Below are positions 54,115 to 64,000 of a stretch of 64,000 bases of DNA, piece after piece. Source of the DNA: Mizuhopecten yessoensis (lineage: Eukaryota); NCBI RefSeq assembly GCF_002113885.1, contig NW_018407075.1, positions 193,084-257,083 of the forward strand, given 5' to 3'. Within the stretch, counting starts at the first letter, position 1. Every line of letters begins with the position of its first letter. A program made the position numbers and the translations under genes. The notes under the pieces were generated by a model. The model worked only from the letters and a program-made list of their open reading frames with translations, was not told where the DNA came from and searched no databases.

Positions 54115-57100
54115 CTACAAAAGCGAAAAACATTTAAATTCAATTTCAAAATGAATGTGCTATATATACACTGTATAAGCTGGTAAGATTAATCTCATTG
54201 ATATACAAATATGACTTTTATATAAAATCTTAAAGTACATCTCACTTCTCTCTGTCGTGACCTCACATGTAAATTTTTCTACCGCAAAAGTGCAAGTATT
54301 TTGTTAAAATCAGGCTTCTGTGAATAACAGCAGCATTCAGATTGACTAAACCTGTAAAACGTATTAATTTTCTGACACGGAAACCTTGAGATGCATCCAA
54401 GTGGACAAAACTGTTAGAAATCATGTGACCAAGATCCGTATACTCCTCTGCAGATCTGGACTTGCCCTGTTGTTGAGTGCTTGAGTAACAAAACAAAATA
54501 TGACTGCTCACATATCAATTATATACGGGCCACTTGACAGATACTGTAGGAATTTCGATGTAAATACCAGGAAGGTACATGTATTGTAATCAAAGAGAAC
54601 ATGTTCTTTGTCAACAAGTTGTATTGTGCTGGCAATACATTGATACCTTTAATCTGAAAATTGGGCACAAGTCTATTGACTTAAGTCGGTAATGGGTTTC
54701 GCCAAGCATTGTGCTGTGTTTATTCTCTAAGTCTGACTTATAATGAGGCCTTTTTAACAAAGGCCCAAGCTTTACTTGTGTCAAGCCTTTTATTATCAAA
54801 CAACAACCTATGTCAACTCGCCGCCAGATATCATGATTGTTAAAGAATTAGACGTCAAGTTCATCATGTCAAACGGTCACAATTAGTACAGTTTCACTGT
54901 ACTGAATTTTTTTTTAAAGTCCATTCAAATTATTTTAATCTGTTCGAGTTATCACTCAGATCTAACAAGACAAGACAGAACAAATATGAAAGACAGAAAG
55001 AGAAAAGGAGTGGTAATACCTATAGTAGATACGTATACATTTCCTGTAGTCTTATAGTTGTATACAAATCAGGGAAATAGAAACACTTTAGTGGTCAACA
55101 TCAAACTGGTCATGGATTGATGCTGTTATTGCAATAACACAATTTAATTTACATTTCATTATGTTTCTTTGTTTTCTTGTTTGATTTTATCTTTTTTTTT
55201 CAAATTCTTTTCAGTAAATTTGACAATTTGGGAAATACCTGTCCTTTTCCAGGAGTGTACTGCTTTACATAATAGCCGCCAGTTTCATCGTAAAATACAG
55301 TTTCATAGTAAACATTGAAAACTTTCAGTAGTCCTGACACATATCTACTTGCCCCAGTCATTTGCATGGGCTGCTGGTGGAATTGAACACTTAAAAATGT
55401 ATTTTCAATTTGCTGGCGGTTTTTTTAACCTTTGACTTCTGTTTTAGAAAATGGCTAGCTATAGTGATTGTTCCAATAACATTCCGCTTGTTTGTAATTT
55501 AACAGTTAATTAAATAACCTAACAGGAATGTAACACAAGACACCAAATATCAACCTTAAAATGACCCCCTTCCCATACAGAAGGTATCATATGCTTATGT
55601 CACGCCCATTTCTTACAAAATGCTCTTTATGCATTAGAGTAAGCCATGTAAAATTACACTGTACATGTACAGTAACCTATATACTATAAAGCTATGATAT
55701 TTACTGGTGAATGTACCCAAAAACCAGTAATCCTATGTATTTACAACACTGCAGAATGTGTATAGCATTAGTATTGTACACGTTGAGTCGGATAAGATTT
55801 TATCACTAGATATACCTGACCAGGTGGGTAACGGACAAGAAAGGGAGGTCTATATATACTAAGCAGATTGATCAGACATTCTGGTACCCGAAAATCTACC
55901 CCAAACAAAACAACCATTATCTCCTTAATCCAGTTATTTGTGCCCTCAACAACAACACACAGAAAGTAAAGACTTCCAGGTTAGGGCCACAGGTAAACAT
56001 ATCAATCATAAGCAACGCAGAGTTTAATGGAAATTCAGAGCCCATTAAAGATCCATCAGGAGATCCATGGCCGTGCAAGTTTGATCCCGGACTGCCACAC
56101 TCCAGGACAACTAAAGAGCTACACCGGTTATAGCTCAACAGCATTACCAGACTTCCTTATATTTACAGTACTGAAATTGCGCTTCCTAGCACTTGCAAAA
56201 TATGTAAAAATTTAATATTAAGGCACAGTCTTACAGGCTAATATAGACAATAGGTCTCTTTAATATAGATTTCTACAGACCAACTGAACTTTTCATAGAC
56301 CTCACCTTATTCAAGAAATTTTACTCACACATTTAGTACTTAATTGATATTAATTGAAAAAAAAAAAAAAAAAAAAATGTAATAATAAAGAACTTGAGAG
56401 AACACGTTTTCCCTCACTACTACCATACATTTATCATTGAATTATAAAAACTTGTGATAAGACATGTGCATAACTCCATGATTCCAATAGATTCCAAAAC
56501 CTAGTGTTTTTAATGGTAAATTATATAAATTAATTGTCTATGGGTCTAAACCGTTAAATTTGAACAGCGTTTAAGCAAAACATGACATGTACATGCAGGT
56601 ATGATTTTTCTAATATGTTCCAATTCTTAAAACCTAAATCAATGATCAAATTCAAAGTCCAAGTGAGATAGTAGGATAGTGTATGACTAACCAATGTCTT
56701 TTTCTATATACCTGTGTACAGTATAAAGCATATCCTGTTATTGATACAGTGGATTGTATATGAAATTTGGAATAACTAACATAACACAGCCATGAATTGA
56801 CACTTATTACAATCTAGGTCCTGGTCATGACCATCGCGGCCCAGAATTTAAAGTCACTTTTTATTAACTGTTTTAGTTTCATATGCTTGCATTGACTTAA
56901 ACATCAATGCAGTGATTTATTTTAGTGCAGAAGTCATGTCTGTACAAATTGTAAGTAAACTAGATGGATATCATACAATGATACAGATCTATAGGTTTTA
57001 GTTTAACCTGCTTGTAATATGAACATCACTATAGTGAATTATTTTAGTGCAGACGTTATGTCTGTACAAATTGCCAGTGAACTATACACACATATCCTAC

Positions 57101-57744
57101 AGATACATGTTCAAATCAGCTTATATTTATCTTTAAAATGTTATATAAATCTTCGTATGAACTTAAATGACATTATATATTAATATATTGTAATTCCGGG
57201 TGTAATGAAATTCACACACCATTCATCAGTAAACATTTAAATGCCTATATTGATTTACTTTGAACTTTAAATACATGTTCATACATATGTAGACACCAAT
57301 AAATCGTCCGCTGATTTATCCAGTTTACCAATACCACACACGTACCTTGACCTTAAATGTGTCAGAACTCCTCCAGAGGTTCTCTGCCGTTCAGATTCAA
57401 GTTCAGTTCAATGTGATTTAAGTACATGTCAGAGTTTTATGGCTACAAACTCATTCTACAGTAGTGAAACTTTAAAAGCACATATATAATGATTCTTTTA
57501 TGTAGAATGACCTTACACGACATGTGTGATCAATTTTATTTGGCACTAATATATTACCATTATACTGCGAGAAGATGTTTTGCTTCAGTCAATTAAATTC
57601 TACTTAAACAGGGTATGTACTTGTATAAAATTACAATTAATATTGCACACTGCATATAAGTTACAGTATGCAGTATTTAGTATGCCTTCTCTATTTATCT
57701 GACACAAGGAAATGGGTCCATGTAATTCATGCATATTAAGCATT

Positions 57745-58275
57745 AACAACAGTACCGCGGGGCAGAACAATATACGCCCGTCGAATGCCATATAGTGTTA
57801 TATACTTTCTTACATTGAAATAAGATCTGCATCATTCTAAGAGTGGTAAGCTGATGACATGCTATAAAAAATGTAGTTGAAAATCTCCGGACAAAAAATC
57901 AAATACTGAAATGAACAAAGGGTAATTACTTTTGCAGAAATTGTTGAATCAAAATTCTTTTAAGGGAGACACAACTTCATATCATGATTTTAATGTATAC
58001 AAAGTTTCAATGAAATCCATCAAAAAATGTAGGAGGAGATCTCCGGACCAAAATATCAAATACTGAAATGAACAAAAGGCAATTAGTTTTGAAAAAATTG
58101 TGTAATCAAAATTCTTTTAAGGGAGACACAACTTCATATCATGATTATAAGGTATACCAAGTTTCAAAGAGATCGGTCGATAAATGTAGGAGGAGATTGC
58201 CAGACAAACAAAAGTTTAAGCAGACGGACAACCCCATACCATAATACTTCGTCAAATTTGACGGACGTATAAAAA
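57745..58275. mobile_element. Second copy of the same HINE-like element, one tandem unit shorter
   Basis: GTACCGCGGGGC.GAACAATATAC.CCCGTCGAATGCCATATAGTG is shared with the copy at 24679. It ends CGTCAAATTTGACGGACGTATAAAAA. Confidence 0.75.
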
Positions 58276-61180
58276 GTGGAAATAAGTTATGAAAAATTCC
58301 TCTCACCACGTAGTATCCTAATAGCAAACAAAATCTCCTGCTCAGAAAGGTTACGGCAAAGGAAGGACAACAACATGTTTTTGAACTAAATAATTTAGCA
58401 GGTATGGAAATTAGAAGCATACGGTCGGATGAGACTTTCAGACAACTTATATCTACCAGTATATATACTATAGCCACCTATAGTCAGCATTACCATCTCA
58501 AAATACTGCAAGCACCTTATATAAAATCTGAAGACTATTCCATTTATTTAATTAATTGTTATATACTGTATACTGGGAAATTTTCAACCTTCGAAGGTAA
58601 AATCCATTTTCGCTCAATATTTAATTCACCCTTCACATCTAATTACTATATTATGTTACATGTAAATTCATCCTCATTACGGCAAAAAGGCAAAACTTAA
58701 ACTGCAGTGAAAATTCTTATACATTAATTAACAAAATTTATCGTTATATATTTAACTTTTACAAGAAAAAACTACATAAGGACTTAATTACTCAGGAAAA
58801 TTGAATTATTTATAAAGATATACTGAAAGCAGAAAATAAATATTTCTTCACTGGCCTTCCTCTGTCCAAACTTTGTTTTAATGAAGTTGATAAAGTTCAC
58901 ATGTGCTGGAGGAATGTTTAAGAAAAGGGCCATTACTAGCATAGAATTAACACAGCATTGTCATTTTACGACATGCCTTTATCCCATCACATACACAGCA
59001 AATATATCAGATTCCGCTTTCAGGCAAAATCTGGAGGATAATGTTATGGTCGAAAGGTTAATGTTATCAGACGGACATGTTATGGCAGCATATCAAAAAT
59101 GTATATGTGATGTGACACCTATTTACAATTTACACATATTTTATTACAGTATACAGTAATATTTTAAAGTTTAGGGTACATTTTGTTTCATATATATGAT
59201 ACACCTGTAATGTACACAAAAACAGAACCTGTGACTTACAGGTGCCTTTAATTTATAACAATCATTTTTGTGAATGATTTTGTATCAGTCGGTCCCGATC
59301 AGAAATGTTGATTCTGATTAACTGAACGTAGGTATAGATAATGTAGCCAAGCAAATAAATCTTAAGTAAATCTATGCCAAGCCTTTTACACCTGGATGCT
59401 AAATCCTCCAGATGAAAGTAATCTCAGATAGCCTAATAGACCCAACAACAGACGGTCGGCACCGACTTATCTTTTTGACGAAAGTCAATTTAAATGTCTT
59501 TCTGTCTTAAAATTATGACCAGTGCGTGCCGTCATATAAATCTTGTGCCAGCTCCAAAAACCTCCTAAAAGTTCTCACCTAATATTATGAGTTTATTGGG
59601 GCACTCTAAGCTGTACTGCTCTACCACACCTTGATGGCTATTTTACAACCTGTATAATGGACAGGCTGGTACAAAAAGTTGAGCATACCTTTACAAGCTT
59701 GCTTCAATTCAAACCTGTGAAACATTTTATCGTATATGCTTTCAAGACTGGTGACATTTTCCCCAAATACCATTTAAGTTTCTCCTTTTACTTTCAAAAC
59801 ATCCGGTTTGAATTTTTCACTTTTATTCTTTAATCCATCAAGCCTATTTGCTAAATTTTGTTTGAATATTTATGAAGTGAACTGCCAATTACTTCAATGA
59901 TGTCTGAAAGGGAGAAAAGTAAAGCCATTTTCGTGAACTTTTCAACGGCATGATATATGCACATATATTTATGTAACCTAATGGCATAACTTGTAGGAAC
60001 AAGTGGGGACACAACGCTGATCCGGTAATAACTTTCATTTCTTAAAGTATCACCAGGCCTCCCACCATGCACTTAGAAAACTGGCATATTACTTTTATTC
60101 TGGACATTAAGTTTAATCTTAGAACCAACCAAGTTCTAAAGGAAACGTCAGTTTGACTTTTGTTGGAGAATTATTAAACTTGAACATTATAATGCTACAA
60201 TGTGCATGCATTGTTAAATGACAGCTATTCGTAAGGGTTGAGTACAAGTTGCATGGTGATGGTTTTTAACATACGGCACTGATTAGACTCCAACTTCAGC
60301 AAAGAATTTTGTTAATAATACATACCAATACCTTGAGTACCATAACTGTGCCATAACAAGTAACATGGTAATGCAATATTTCAAGATGGTCAAGTTCAAG
60401 CTAAAACAAGGCAAGTCCAGGACTAAAACTTCTATTCTGTAGAATCACTGGAACAAAAATTATGTCGCACTTGCCAAACTTTTAAAATTTTAATAGGGAT
60501 AATTCCACATGGTCTAAAATACATAATGTAAAAGCATAAATAAAATGGCTGCATGTATACACCATCTAGAGAAAAATATAACACTTTAAAATGGCATATT
60601 TTCAGTTGTTCTTTCAGATGAAATCTTAAAACATAGGAATCTTTTGCAAATTCTTTGATTGGAAATGTTAAATGTTAAGAGTCCATAATTGGGAGTCTCT
60701 CTCCTCAATAGCATCAGGGAGAGTTGTCGAGTATGTTAACTAGTACTGGTCAAATTTCATTTCACTGAACTGACAAGAATATCAGAGCAGCTGTTCTCCA
60801 GTGACCACTTGAGTTTCCCCTTGTAATGATCAAGACTAGTCTATTTACTTAGCTTCTTTATCGATGTCTCCGTGATAAAATCAAAGACAGAGGTGTCAGC
60901 GCAGAAATATTTCATGTTTAACAAACAGTCAAATAATCCTCTGTGTCAATACACAGAGATTAAATTTACATGTAAGTTCACCGAGTTATTCCAACATTTT
61001 CCTTCTATATAGCCATGCTGTGACATTATCAGTAAATATAAGTGAACAAAAGTATGGTGAGCTCCTGAGCTCTTATTCAAATTTGAAGACAATACATTTA
61101 TATATTTATATAACTTCATTCATTTGACAACAATTATGAAACAAATTATTAAAGCTTATATTTAATCACTCTGGTTTGCC

Positions 61181-61290
61181 CACATGTTAGTGTGCAGGGA
61201 AACCGAAGTACCCGGAGAAAATCTATCTGGTTGTCTTTGTGAAAGACGAGGGTACATATGTGTTATCCACTGTACCACCTAACCACTCTA
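61181..61290 (-). mobile_element. V-domain SINE remnant
   Basis: GGAAACCGAAGTACCCGGAGAAAA is the reverse-strand V motif, followed by a tRNA-head remnant. Confidence 0.55.
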
Positions 61291-62919
61291 TACATTATCA
61301 AGGGTAATACATTTTATAACAGGAAAAAATGTCAAATATAGGATGGTCAAACTGATTTTGATTCATCCCCATTGGAAAACAAAGTTAGATGCTGATTACA
61401 AGCATACAATGGACTTTTGTGTACATCTATTTTAGGGTAATTATTGATTGTACTGGGGTGAGTTTATTAATCACCGAGTACTGTAGGTACATACATTTTC
61501 AAAAAAAAAGTTGTCATATATAGGTGATTGTGAAACATCAAATCATATTATGGTACTGAGCAATCTCTGCTTGCTATTCACAATGTTCTGCTGATTTTTG
61601 ACTTATAATTACACCTCTGCGAACTTCAACATTCAGACTAATACCATGATACACAGATTTTATTCTGACCTTAGGAATGTTGACATTTCCTCCCCTGTCA
61701 GCTCTATTATGTCAATCAAGGTTGGTTGATATTATTGGTAATAACTAATAACATGATTGATGATTATTTTTACAAGTCCATTTATGAAATCAACCCTAAC
61801 CATTAACCAAGTGATCAATCATGATCAAATACTTGGGAACTCTCCTTCTTTTTGAAGAAGACTCAATTTTGGACCCTAAAATCAATCAATGTATTTGCGA
61901 ACCTAATCCTATGTTCTATTAATGATTTCATCTGAAAGATCAACTCAAAAGACGTCATTTTGAAGTGTTGTTTTTCCCATTGGGTATCCTTAAGCATTAT
62001 TTTATCTTCCCCACTAAAAAAATATAAGTTGACAAGTATGCAATATTGCAGTCAGAATTCTGAATTCAGTGATTATGATCAGATTTGGTCTAAATATACA
62101 TAACATTTTTTACTACAACAGTCTTTGCAAAAGGGGTAAAATAAGTAAACACTTTCTCCTGTGCAACAAAAACACAGGATGGCAAAAAATCCATACTTTT
62201 TTTCTTTTGGCAATGTAAAGGTTTTGCAATTAGGAATGAAACCTGTATTCAACACCTGAAAAAATCCCCAAGCACTTATACTACTTTGTTACTTTTCACT
62301 AAAAAAATACTCATAAAGGATATTGAAGCATAAGATGCACATGTCTGAGCTGAGTGCATAAATGCATCCAGTATTCTGAAACACAACTTGAGTATTATCA
62401 ACTTATAAAGCTTGATACGCACACAAAAAAGGACAAACTTAAATCAATTACCCATTGAAAAGCCAAAGAGTATGCATTATCGACCCTAGCCATGAATAAT
62501 TGAGCCTGCAATTTGTATGGCAATTTGTCAATAGCTTCAATATTGATTCCATATTTCATGATTTTCCACAATACAGTTAGGCCTACGACACCACTAGATA
62601 ACTGAGACAACAACATATTTATCAACAATGTCAGTTTAATTCATTGTCTTGTTGTGAATATAAGAAGAGTTAGAAACATGTTATGGTCTGACAATACACC
62701 GTGTAATTATTTCTGAACTCTCACGTCTGCCTCAGGTAATGTTTTGACAGGAGCGATATTGTTGCGGTCGTGCACCGACTTGTCACCATCACAAAATACA
62801 GTGTTTACAAATGAATTACGAGATCAAATATTTTTTTAACCAAACTAATGCAAATATAGCATTGTTTTCACAACGGAAGCAGAGTATATACCACATAACT
62901 ATCTGATTTAAGTACTTAC

Positions 62920-63060
62920 GAGACATATCTTGATCGAAGCGGCGCACAAAACACACTTGCAGACAACCGGAAATATTTCAAAGATGCCGCATTGCGACTG
63001 CGCTTTGAATCGAGTCAGGGGGGATAACCCTAGTACCAAATACCCACAGGTCCCACGCCA
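62920..63060 (-). promoter_or_regulatory. Putative promoter and first exon of the LAS2-like gene
   Basis: CpG-enriched patch with an ETS site (CCGGAAAT, ~62967), a YY1-like AAGATGCCGC, and a minus-strand donor CTC|gtaagt at 62920. Confidence 0.5.
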
Positions 63061-63472
63061 CTAACAAATTCCATACCCTGAAAGAAGTGGAGTAATGATG
63101 CATTTTCGAACTAGGTACGCTCATCAGATTAGCTGGTCTGCCTATGTATAGTGCTTATATGCATAATATCTCAATACAGATGTATTATCAATAGTATGAA
63201 GTGAAGGTCCAATATAAAGTGAAATATTCTGCCAGTCACTCATGGGATAATATATGGTATTTAGAAAAAAGAAAAAAACCACTTTAGATTATTCACTACA
63301 AATTGGAACCTGCTAGGTGACATATAGGTATCACTATGTTTTGCATTGGTGTTGCATATAAATAGTTTCTGTGTAATAACTCTTAAATGTATGCTTGGAT
63401 TTTCACGAAAATTGCAACAAAATCCCTACAGCATCAATTTACCTGTTCAGTTTTGATTTTAAACCGAATCTG

Positions 63473-64000
63473 AAAACAAGAGGCCCAAGTGCCTTAGCGG
63501 TCACCTAAGTTATATCATAGGTACTGGTAGCTTTATTTTATTGTTAAGATGTGATGTGGAAATCAGCATGTCAACTAAGTGAAATACAATACTTGTTATG
63601 TCATCAATTTAGGATAAGAATTTTAAAATATTGGTAAATGTTCCCTTTGGGGCCCCACCCTAGCCCCTGGGGATTGGGCAGTAATTCCAATTTTACAATG
63701 TAATACCCTCATCTACCAAAGATGATTCTGACCATGTTTGAATATTTTTCTGCTGAAAATGGATAAAATATACCCAAAAGTGTTGTTTCCCTAATAAACT
63801 ATAGTAAACTTAACCCCCTGGGGTCCTGAAATTTACAATTTAAATAAACCCCCTGATGATCTTTGTATCCATGCAGAGAAAATGACTGTAGTACCTCTGA
63901 ATCTGGAGAAGATTTTTGAAATATTGGCTAATTTTCCCTTTGGGGCCCCACCCTGGCCCCTAGGGTTGGGGTAGGAATCCAAATTTTACACTTTAAAACC
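63473..64000. mobile_element. HINE/pearl-like element running off the window end
   Basis: AAAACAAGAGGCCCAAGTGCCTTAGCGGTCACCT start. TTTGGGGCCCCACCCT is repeated at ~63647 and ~63939. Confidence 0.6.

Noticed and set aside
55860-55990. Telomerase RNA (CCCUAACC template-like 8-mer on the minus strand)
   Set aside because: The template-like bases overlap a predicted helix, and I found no convincing triple-helix pseudoknot, CR4/5 or H/ACA boxes. Kept only as an unassigned structured-RNA candidate.

Overview
AT-rich, intron- and repeat-rich animal genomic DNA. The SINE, Helitron-associated and MITE repertoire points to a bivalve mollusc (inference). Three spliced protein-coding genes can be rebuilt by hand with consistent splice phases. 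DDA1 is on the minus strand (5 coding exons, 102 aa). COPS2/CSN2 is on the plus strand (13 exons, 442 aa) and lies head-to-head with DDA1, with about 440 bp between start codons; both are cullin-RING ligase regulators. A C18orf54/LAS2-like gene is on the minus strand (7 coding exons, about 667 aa) with a long, probably multi-exon, uORF-rich leader. Most ORFs in the supplied track are spurious or exon fragments. Notable non-genic structure includes: a 2.3-kb Mutator-like element in COPS2 intron 3 carrying a Penelope-like retroelement fragment with a minimal hammerhead ribozyme; a second, stand-alone hammerhead-like motif near the putative LAS2-like promoter; a hairpin-dense ~350-nt segment in the LAS2-like leader region; a ~1.1-kb diverged inverted duplication at 4.7-10.0 kb; TTAA-flanked MITEs (one family carrying a tRNA-like cassette, two families with a near-fixed ~83-bp length); Helitron-associated tandem-repeat elements; SINEs; and three large minisatellites. 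All homology calls are from recalled sequences; no database search or folding program was run.
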